From Puniceicoccales bacterium (GTDB lineage: Bacteria > Verrucomicrobiota > Verrucomicrobiia > Opitutales > JAIRLM01), in the NCBI GenBank assembly GCA_031290195.1, contig JAITOA010000018.1:1-59109 (forward strand): 59,109 nucleotides of DNA, given 5' to 3'. The notes under the pieces were generated by a model. That model saw only the letters and a list, made by a program, of their open reading frames with translations, did not search any database and was not told the origin of the DNA. This document shows, piece after piece, positions 51,660 through 59,109 of the stretch. Each line of letters starts with the position of its first letter. Within the stretch, counting starts at the first letter, position 1. The position numbers were made by a program, and so were the translations under genes.

Positions 51660-54068
51660 ATGAGTCTCCTCCGGAAAATTCAACGGCGGTCGCGGATAGG
51701 ACAATCTCTACGGAGAAAAGCACTGGCCATCCTGCTGGTCGCCGCGGTGCCACTGCTTCCCCAGCAAGTGGTGGCTGAACCGGTTTCACTTAGCGGTAGT
51801 ATGCTTTCTAATTACTACTATGGAGTGAAAGCGGAGGGTGCGGATGAAGCGGCCACCGGCGGTGAACTGATGGTCAATGGTTGTACTTTTCCTAGCACTG
51901 GTTACCTTTCCGCTGGATACAGCGCTGAAAGTTATGCAACAGGCAACTCGGTAACATTTACCGGTGATTCGACGAGCTTTGAAGGTTCAGGCAATAGCAT
52001 TCGCGGTGGATGCTCAGATCATTTCCATGCCCAGGACAATGCCATCACATTCAGCGCCAATGTAACTTACACCAATAGTTTAAGCGAAGAAGAAATCTGT
52101 GGTGGCGATGCCGGCTTGAAAGCAACGGGCAATGGGGTGACCATTGACGACGGAGTGGTACTGAACTTTCTTAATGCCAGAGGCAGAATCTATGGCGCGG
52201 AGGCTGCCTACGCCAATGGCAATTGGGTTGCCGTGTTGGGAAAGGTGGATGTCACAGATGGTTGGGTCGAACTCGCTGGAGCTTGCGGTTATTACTCTGC
52301 TTCCTGGAACACCGTGACAGTCTCCGGTGGCTCCGTCAAAGCTAACATTTTTGGGGGATGCAGTGAAGGGTCTGTAAGCTGTAACAGCGTCATTGTCACC
52401 GGAGGTGCCGAAGTGGCAAAAGGGAAAGAAAGGGAAGGTCTACCAAATGGTATTTCTGGAGGTTTCTCTATGGTCAATTCTGCTGCCGGCAACAAAGTTT
52501 GCATTTCCGGAGAGGAAACGACCGTCGGTTCTGTTGCAGAGAGAATTAATGTCTACGGTGGTTTTATATACACGTATGGAGACTTGGACATTCCTTGCAT
52601 CGGGAACGCCGTTGAAATCAGCGGCGGAACCATTGCAGCGGACATCTTCGGTGGCTATGCATTGAACTTTGGAGGCAATGGCTACGCGGTAGTTTCCAAT
52701 AACACCCTGTGGATTCGCGGTGGGTCTGATACTATAAATCTGGAGGAGTCAAATTTATATGGTTGGGGAGGAGAAGGATACATAATTCACAGCAACAACA
52801 CACTACACGTGGACAATTGGCGCGGAACGGTGAAGTCCATTCAAAATTTTGACAGGTTTCACTTTACCCTTCCCGAAGACGTTGCCGACGGCGACCTTCT
52901 ACTCCAGGTTTCCGGAACCGCTTCCTGGCCAGACGGCACATTGGCGACAATCGACTTCGCCGGAGACGAGACCGGCCTCGAATTCGGGGACAGCATTACG
53001 CTAATCCAAGCGGACGAGTTGACCGCGGGAACCCTCTGCGCCGATCGGGTAGTTGCTTTTCTGGACGGCAACCCGTTTGCCTTCACGCTTTCCGTGGATG
53101 GGAATAGCCTCCTTGCCACGCTGGAAAATATCCTCTCCGTTCCGTCGGGAAGTAGCCACCTTGCCGCCATAGACCGCTCCTACTTCCACGGCATCGCGGC
53201 CGCGGTGGCCGGAGAAAATGCCGGCGGCGACTCCATTTCCCGGGTCATTGACAATTGGCAATTCGGTGAAGCCAAGGACCTTGGCCGATTCCTCTGGTTC
53301 GGGTCTTTCCAGGGAGACAAAGTCCTCATGCGGGCGGCACCGGTGGTGGAAAATAAGTCCTGCCACTTCAATGTCGGCGGCGCCGTTGAATATAAATCCT
53401 ACCACGGCAACTTCCTCACCGGCGTCGCCGCTGAAAGCAGTTGGAGCGACTACGACGTGGAGCAATCCCTCGGCGGCGGCGGCGGAAAAGTGCGCCACCA
53501 CGGGGCCAATTTCTTCGCGAAGCAGCGCTTCGCCTCCGGGACCGACCTTGCACTCATTGTCCGCGGCGGCAGGGGGAAAGTCCGCGACGATTCCGGCACC
53601 GATTGCTGCCGCAGCTACGACGGCCGGTCCAGCTACCACGGCGTCCAGGGGTCTCTCGGACGGCAGTTTCGAATCTCCGCGGAGGAATCCCTCGAGGGCT
53701 ACGGAAAATTTTCCTGGAACCGGAGAACCCGGAGTGACCTTCCGACGGCCGGAGGCGGAGAGCTGCACGTCGACGCGGTGAATTCCCTCCGGGGCCAGCT
53801 GGGTCTGCGCTATTGCAGCGAGTTAAAAGTCGACGGAAACATCTTCTGCGGCATCGGCTTCGAACACGAGTTCGACGGCCGAATCGGAGGAACGATCGGA
53901 GCAACGGCCCTTCCAAAGGTCGGCGATGACCGGCGCAATTGCGGCTTCGCCGAGGTCGGTGTGGACCGAAGGATCTCCGGCCGCTGGGTCCTCAGCGGCG
54001 GCATCCGGGCAATGGCGGGCGCCAGGGACGGCTGGTCGGGCGGCATCCGCATCGGCGCGGCCTTCTGA
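51660..54068 (+). CDS. autotransporter-like outer-membrane repeat protein (paralogue 2)
   Basis: Signal MSLLRKIQRRSRIGQSLRRKALAILLVAAVPLLPQQVVA, the same GNxV..GG repeats as paralogue 1, and a C-terminal barrel-like domain ending IRIGAAF. An alternative start at ATG 51615 has no SD. Confidence 0.85.
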   Translation: MSLLRKIQRRSRIGQSLRRKALAILLVAAVPLLPQQVVAEPVSLSGSMLSNYYYGVKAEGADEAATGGELMVNGCTFPSTGYLSAGYSAESYATGNSVTFTGDSTSFEGSGNSIRGGCSDHFHAQDNAITFSANVTYTNSLSEEEICGGDAGLKATGNGVTIDDGVVLNFLNARGRIYGAEAAYANGNWVAVLGKVDVTDGWVELAGACGYYSASWNTVTVSGGSVKANIFGGCSEGSVSCNSVIVTGGAEVAKGKEREGLPNGISGGFSMVNSAAGNKVCISGEETTVGSVAERINVYGGFIYTYGDLDIPCIGNAVEISGGTIAADIFGGYALNFGGNGYAVVSNNTLWIRGGSDTINLEESNLYGWGGEGYIIHSNNTLHVDNWRGTVKSIQNFDRFHFTLPEDVADGDLLLQVSGTASWPDGTLATIDFAGDETGLEFGDSITLIQADELTAGTLCADRVVAFLDGNPFAFTLSVDGNSLLATLENILSVPSGSSHLAAIDRSYFHGIAAAVAGENAGGDSISRVIDNWQFGEAKDLGRFLWFGSFQGDKVLMRAAPVVENKSCHFNVGGAVEYKSYHGNFLTGVAAESSWSDYDVEQSLGGGGGKVRHHGANFFAKQRFASGTDLALIVRGGRGKVRDDSGTDCCRSYDGRSSYHGVQGSLGRQFRISAEESLEGYGKFSWNRRTRSDLPTAGGGELHVDAVNSLRGQLGLRYCSELKVDGNIFCGIGFEHEFDGRIGGTIGATALPKVGDDRRNCGFAEVGVDRRISGRWVLSGGIRAMAGARDGWSGGIRIGAAF

Positions 54069-54341
54069 TTTTGCTAGAAGCACTACCCGATTTAGGCCCT
54101 CCCCCTCCAAGCCGCACGGACGCTGAAATCAACGGCCATTAAAAATGAGCTCGCTTTGCGTATTCCTGTCCTAGAGAGTCGCTTAAGAAATGTGGTGATA
54201 CTTTGAAAGAGGTCTACTGAAAATTTCACAAAATATTAGCGGAAAATCGTAGAATCTACCACACTCCTAAAAAATTTAATGGAAGTCCTTCCTTGGAAAT
54301 GCGTTGCCGCAATTGGGGAAATTGCCCAATAGGACTGTTCC

Positions 54342-56219
54342 ATGGCTAAATTTTTTTTGACGGTCATCGGCTTTCTGATCTTCCTCCTCCCCAGATGGTT
54401 CCTGTGCAGCTTCTGCCACTGTCTCGGCGCCGTATTTTTTTACGGAGTGCCGCGGAGGCGCCGCTCCATGCTAAATAATTTGCTCCATGTTTATCCAAAT
54501 TTGGACGGGAAGGAGCTACGCTCCATCGCACGGAAAAGCGCCGATCGGCTCATCGAAATGGGTCTCTTCGCCTTGGCATCTCCCCGTTTTTCTCCTCGGT
54601 ACATCCTCCGGCAATTTTCCCTGCGAGGACCCTGGGAGGAGGTGTTCCGCTGCGATCGTCCTCAGCTAATTCTCGTTCCCCACCAAACATTGACGGAGGC
54701 TCTGACATTCGTTCCCCTTTTTCTGCGCATTCCCCGGGAGGAACTACGGGTGGGGGTTCTCTACAGGCCATTCGACGGCATGGGTTTGGAGAAATTTGTT
54801 AAAAAAACCCGCGAACGCTTCGGCATCCGACTGCTCTCCCGGAAAGACGGATTGGTCACCTCTGCCAATTTTTTGCGGCACAATGGCTGCGTCGGGCTGC
54901 TTTTCGACCAGCATGCTGGAGCATCCGGCGTGCAGACATTTCTCTGCGGGAAAGTAACTTCAACGACCCAATTGCCGGAAATTCTCCTCAAGCACAGTGG
55001 AGCGCAGGTCTCCGTGGCCTCCGTAGAACGGACGGCATTCTGGAAAGGCACCCTGGTCATTGAGCCTTTTCCCGTGACCGCGGAGACCGTTGGCGGCGCC
55101 ATGGATAGCTGGTTGGAGGAGCAACTTCTTGGCAGCAAAAACTTCCGCGATAACTGGCTCTGGGCCCACAATCGCTGGAAGCGACCCATAAATCAACTGC
55201 TTAACCTCGGCGCTCGGAAAAATAGACTTCCCGGGGCCCTTCGGAGGGACCGATCGGGCGACCTTCCCAGAAAAACGGAGTTCTATGTCCGCATGCCCAA
55301 CCGACTTGGAGAGACAATTCTGGCTCTGCCCATCCTTAGAGCCCTCCACGCGGGCCGCCCGGATGCCCGCATCACAGCTCTCTGCCCTATCCCCCATGCC
55401 AAATGGCTCACATCGCTCCCCTTCATCGACGGGGCACTTCCTCTCCCCGAGGGAAAATTTGGCTATTTCCGCCACATGCGGAAAAATTTTCGGAAATTTC
55501 CAGATCTGCACCTCCTTTTCACCGACTCCCTCCGCGGGGATCTGGAGGCATTTTTTCTAGGGGCAACCGTCCGCATCGGATTTTCTCGGAACCATTTTCA
55601 CCGCCGCCCGCTGCTTACCCACCGTCTTCCCCTGGAACGGGCGCCAACCTTGCATTGGACGGAAGTCCGCCATCGGGCGCTAAAAAAACTAGGTCTTTCG
55701 GAGGAGCTTTCCTTGGAGCCACTCCTGGAGCCGAGATCACAGGCCCTTCCCCGGCGCATCGGCCTGCTTTTCAATTCTCGGCAAAGTCGAAAAATTTTTG
55801 GGTCGGAAGAACGCTGGAATTTTCTGATTCAACGACTGCTGGAATGGGATCCGGAAGTGCACATCCTTCTCTGCGGTGTCCGGGAAGATGCCGCCGCCGC
55901 GGAAAAAATTTTGAAAAATTTCCCCCTGGACCGCGTTTCCAATGGGACGAGTAGGAGCTCTCTTCCGGCTCTCGCGGAGGAATTGCACGGCTGCGGCGCC
56001 GCGGTGGTCGCCGATTTTGATGGACTGCACCTGGCCAATGCTCTGGGTGTGCCCGCTGTCGCCCTCCCGGGGCTTGTAAACTCACCCTCCAACGACCCCA
56101 TTTTTTCTTCTCCGAAAGTAATTTTTCGCCCACCTGCCCTCGACGCCCCGATGGAAAAAATTACAGCGGAAGCCGTTTTCACTGCCCTCCAAGACCTCCT
56201 GGAAAAAACGCCGTCATAG
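54342..56219 (+). CDS. fusion protein: lipid A late acyltransferase (LpxL/HtrB family) + glycosyltransferase family 9 (LPS heptosyltransferase-like)
   Basis: N-terminal half: TM anchor, NLLHVYPNLDGKEL, LLFDQHAGASGVQTFLCGKVTSTT, NWLWAHNRWK (cf. DQd..G.fv.FFG..a.t and QYlWlHrRwK). C-terminal half: YVRMPNRLGETILALPILRALHAGRPDARI and ADFDGLHLANALGVPAVAL, which are GT9 hallmarks. Confidence 0.85.
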   Translation: MAKFFLTVIGFLIFLLPRWFLCSFCHCLGAVFFYGVPRRRRSMLNNLLHVYPNLDGKELRSIARKSADRLIEMGLFALASPRFSPRYILRQFSLRGPWEEVFRCDRPQLILVPHQTLTEALTFVPLFLRIPREELRVGVLYRPFDGMGLEKFVKKTRERFGIRLLSRKDGLVTSANFLRHNGCVGLLFDQHAGASGVQTFLCGKVTSTTQLPEILLKHSGAQVSVASVERTAFWKGTLVIEPFPVTAETVGGAMDSWLEEQLLGSKNFRDNWLWAHNRWKRPINQLLNLGARKNRLPGALRRDRSGDLPRKTEFYVRMPNRLGETILALPILRALHAGRPDARITALCPIPHAKWLTSLPFIDGALPLPEGKFGYFRHMRKNFRKFPDLHLLFTDSLRGDLEAFFLGATVRIGFSRNHFHRRPLLTHRLPLERAPTLHWTEVRHRALKKLGLSEELSLEPLLEPRSQALPRRIGLLFNSRQSRKIFGSEERWNFLIQRLLEWDPEVHILLCGVREDAAAAEKILKNFPLDRVSNGTSRSSLPALAEELHGCGAAVVADFDGLHLANALGVPAVALPGLVNSPSNDPIFSSPKVIFRPPALDAPMEKITAEAVFTALQDLLEKTPS

Positions 56220-57605
56220 CAATAGCCAACAGCCGAGCCGGAGGAAAATGTACATGCCAACTGTATCCGTAACCATGGTGAGGAAAATGTAGGCGCTCTG
56301 GGCCGGATCGAAGTTCATTTTTTGAAGGACGTAGGGGATGAGGGCACCCGACAGTCCGCAGAGGGCCATGTTGAGGACCATGGCAAGAAAAATAGCTAGC
56401 CCAACGAAAGAGTTGTGAGTGAGAATTCCACTGGCAACGGCCGCGACAAGTCCCGTCAAAATTCCGCTAAAAAGACCCTTAAATGTCTCCCGAATACAAA
56501 TTCCCAGCGTATCTCCGCGACGCCACTCTCCCAGAGCCAAACTGCGAATTGCAACGGCCAAGGTTTGGCCACCGGCATTGCCGCCGAGACTGGTGATTAG
56601 CGTCATGAAGACGGCGAGAATTGTCAATTCTTCGATCTGCTTCTGGAAGAAGGAAACGACCAGAGCTCCGACGGCAGCGGTGAGAAGATTAATGAGAAGC
56701 CAGGGATTTCGCTTGATGACACTGTAGCGGACGGGGTCATGGATGTTTTCCTCGGCACCGGCACCGTGAAGAATTTGCATGTCCCGGGTAGCGCTCTCCT
56801 GGAGGATATCAATGACGTCGTCGTGGGTAACAATGCCGACTAGTCGCCCCATGGCATCGAGAATAGGAACGCTATGGCAGTCGCAGTCGGCCATCGTTTG
56901 GGCCACCTGGGCCGCTGAATCGTCGGCGTGGCAGGATCCGTGGACATCCGGATTGAGGATTTGGGAAATTTTTTGATTCCCCTGGGCCTGGATAAGCCGG
57001 TGCAACGTGACGCTTCCCACGAGGCGGCCCTGGCCGTCGATGGCATAGAGGACGTCAAGATTTTCCCTTTCCTCCCCCTCCCGGCGGAGAGTGGCAATGG
57101 CCTCATCCACGGTCCAATCGACGTTGACTCTGTTGACGTGGGGAGTCATAACCCCTCCGGCCGTGTCCTTGTCGTAGGAGAGAAGATCGTAGAGAGTTTT
57201 CGCCGATTGAGCAGGCAATTTTCCAAGCAATCTGTCCCTGTCGATGTCGTCGAGCTGGCGGACGATGTAGGCGGCATCATCGGGTTCCAGCTGCGATAAA
57301 ATGCGAAGAGCCCGCATGTCCTTTAGCTGGACAAGCACTTCGGCGGAATCCTCCGAGGGAAGGTCCGAAAGAATTTCGCCGGCCAATTTGTCGGAAAGTT
57401 TTTTGAGAAAACCCGACTGGTCCTCGGGGGCAAGGCGCACCAGCACCTGACCCAATTCGTGGGGGGAAGTGCGGGAAAGCTTCAGACGGTCAAGTCCTCT
57501 GAAATCATTGCCATAGAGCTCCATGAGCTCGTCGAAACCATAGTTGTCCGACGGCGCCGCATCTCCGCCAGCCTCCTTTTCCCTTTCCGCTTCTCCGTCC
57601 CCCAT
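56214..57605 (-). CDS. mgtE: magnesium transporter MgtE
   Basis: MgtE_N domain, CBS pair, and TM domain with TSLGGNAGGQTLAVAIRSLALGE. Confidence 0.95.
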   Translation of the reverse strand: MGDGEAEREKEAGGDAAPSDNYGFDELMELYGNDFRGLDRLKLSRTSPHELGQVLVRLAPEDQSGFLKKLSDKLAGEILSDLPSEDSAEVLVQLKDMRALRILSQLEPDDAAYIVRQLDDIDRDRLLGKLPAQSAKTLYDLLSYDKDTAGGVMTPHVNRVNVDWTVDEAIATLRREGEERENLDVLYAIDGQGRLVGSVTLHRLIQAQGNQKISQILNPDVHGSCHADDSAAQVAQTMADCDCHSVPILDAMGRLVGIVTHDDVIDILQESATRDMQILHGAGAEENIHDPVRYSVIKRNPWLLINLLTAAVGALVVSFFQKQIEELTILAVFMTLITSLGGNAGGQTLAVAIRSLALGEWRRGDTLGICIRETFKGLFSGILTGLVAAVASGILTHNSFVGLAIFLAMVLNMALCGLSGALIPYVLQKMNFDPAQSAYIFLTMVTDTVGMYIFLRLGCWLLL

Positions 57606-57650
57606 CTTCCCGCCCCTCTCCGCTGTGTACCCCGATATGCAGATGGACCC

Positions 57651-59102
57651 CTAAAGTTCGTAGGTCTCCTGCGGTTCTGGATTGAGAATTTTTACTCCGG
57701 GCAAAACCGCCCGGAGGGCGCCATCGAAGCGGGCTCGAGAGTCGGCATCCCCGTGGGTTAGTATGATGTTGGAAGGCTGCAATTCCTTGGCCATGTAAAC
57801 AATATCATCCCTATCGGCATGGCCACTAAGGTCAAACTTCTCCACGCGAGCCCGGATGGGCGTATCAAATTCCAGGGCGTGGAAGGAAAAAAGATCTCCC
57901 TTCTCCAAGGTCAAGAGTTCTCCTCCCGGTGTCGTTGGATCGCAAAATCCCGTAAACGCGATGAGATTGTGTCCGAAGGGGAGCAGGGAAGCTGCCACCT
58001 GGTAGGCGGGAGTGTTTTCCACCAGCATGCCGCTGCTTGTGATGAACATGCTGGGTCGGCGGATATCGATGCCTGGACGAATGCGACTCCTTGGAAGAGG
58101 ACGCACATTGAGAGCGTTTAGCACACGTTTACGGAAACCAATTTCGGTTCCTGGAGCCAATCGATGTTTGGGATCCTGCCGCACATTGGGTGGACGCACG
58201 AAGTCTTTGGCCAGGTAGTCCAGTCCGTACTTCCTACGATCCCGACAAATTTTTTCAAAGACGTCGACGATGGCCAGGCCAAGGCCGGAGCAGTAGATGG
58301 GAAAATCCCTCGGGAGTAGGCTCCGCCGCCGCGCCTCGTGAATCAGAGTCACAATCTCCTGCATGCGGCCAAGGGCAAAGACCGGCAAAAGACAAGACCC
58401 GCCGCTTTTTAGCGTCTTTTCAATGGAGCCAAGCAGCCGCGTCATTTCCCCCTCGTAGGAAAAGCCTTCCGGATGCTCCACTTGACCGCGGGTCGTCTCC
58501 GTAATCAGCGTATCTACCTTCACATTGGGAACCTGTGCGCCCTCCAGGGTGTGCTGTCGGCGGAAAAGAATATCCCCCGTGAAAAAATACTTTTTCCCTT
58601 GGTGCTCCAGGAGAACGCAGGCGGCCCCCAAGACATGTCCCGCCGGATAGAAGGTGATGCGCAGGCGGTCGTTGTTTTTGATAAATTCCCTGGGTCTTCC
58701 GTAGTGCATCGGGAAAACGTCGTCGCCGACGGCATCCGCCTCCGGTCGGGAAAATAGCGGATACTCCTCCACATTTTTTTCATCCCGCTGCCGCAGCATG
58801 ACCGTATAGGAATTTTGCAACATGACAGGAAGAATTTCGCTGGAAGCCAACGTCATCAAAACCCTCGCCGATGGTTGTTCCCGGTGGATGCAGGGCAAGG
58901 AGCCGATGTGATCCAAATGGCAGTGGGTTAGGAGAATGAGATCTATGGAGTTCTTCGGAATACGCGTATAATCCGGCAAGCTGGCCAGACCCAGATCCCT
59001 GGGACTCATGCCGCCATCCACAAGAAGGCGAAATTCTCCAATTTCAACGAATAGGCTGTGAGCCCCAATCTCCTGTTTCGGATTTAAATCTGTAAATTTC
59101 AT
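57651..59102 (-). CDS. MBL-fold metallo-hydrolase of the beta-CASP (RNA-metabolising, CPSF/RNase J-like) family
   Basis: HxHxDH motif LLTHCHLDHIGSLP, GHVLGAA, beta-CASP insertion, and C-terminal LSGHADRDD / LTHGD. Confidence 0.9.
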   Translation of the reverse strand: MKFTDLNPKQEIGAHSLFVEIGEFRLLVDGGMSPRDLGLASLPDYTRIPKNSIDLILLTHCHLDHIGSLPCIHREQPSARVLMTLASSEILPVMLQNSYTVMLRQRDEKNVEEYPLFSRPEADAVGDDVFPMHYGRPREFIKNNDRLRITFYPAGHVLGAACVLLEHQGKKYFFTGDILFRRQHTLEGAQVPNVKVDTLITETTRGQVEHPEGFSYEGEMTRLLGSIEKTLKSGGSCLLPVFALGRMQEIVTLIHEARRRSLLPRDFPIYCSGLGLAIVDVFEKICRDRRKYGLDYLAKDFVRPPNVRQDPKHRLAPGTEIGFRKRVLNALNVRPLPRSRIRPGIDIRRPSMFITSSGMLVENTPAYQVAASLLPFGHNLIAFTGFCDPTTPGGELLTLEKGDLFSFHALEFDTPIRARVEKFDLSGHADRDDIVYMAKELQPSNIILTHGDADSRARFDGALRAVLPGVKILNPEPQETYEL

Positions 59103-59109
59103 ACTAAAA

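Noticed and set aside
53001-53768. 255-aa minus-strand ORF (and several Arg/Pro-rich ORFs) opposite the barrel region of autotransporter 2
   Set aside because: It is a shadow ORF in a GC-rich segment with Ala/Gly/Arg/Pro-rich, non-protein-like composition. The plus-strand frame has paralogue support.

Overview
This is 59.1 kb of tightly packed chromosome from a diderm bacterium. The LPS and outer-membrane genes present are kdsB, an msbA-like ABC exporter, an lpxL-GT9 fusion, skp and two autotransporters. Prepilin-type pseudopilins, a YopN/CopN-like protein and the general protein flavour suggest a PVC-superphylum-like organism, but taxonomy cannot be settled from this window. I annotate about 46 CDS, one tRNA-Arg(CCG) and the tmRNA. 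Most genes are core housekeeping: ppdK, eno, rpsP-trmD-rplS, atpB, clpC, kdsB, rnc, birA, ychF, tilS, uppP, rpsO-pnp, fabD, folC, nusA-infB-rbfA-obg, dnaE and mgtE. I found no CRISPR array, transposase, integrase, phage gene or obvious defence gene. Four things stand out. (1) An isolated gene (5028-6608, minus strand) has a C-terminal half that looks like a type III secretion gatekeeper (SctW/YopN/CopN), preceded by a long disordered N-terminal extension. (2) Two paralogous, very large autotransporter-like surface proteins (30252-33716 and 51660-54068) are built from a ~25-aa Gly/Asn repeat I cannot assign to a known family. They are cysteine-rich and each carries a long poly-G tract (G8 and G9). 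The G9 sits exactly between a Shine-Dalgarno-like GGGAGG and the ATG, a classic phase-variation layout, and this second paralogue follows two overlapping orphan pseudopilin genes. (3) An AT-rich, compositionally foreign ORF lies at the left edge. (4) There are several architecture oddities: an lpxL-heptosyltransferase fusion, an RGG-tailed PNPase, an orphan atpB, and an apparently degenerate Prs-like / class-IV-aminotransferase-like gene pair. All family calls come from motif recognition by eye and none has been verified by a database search.
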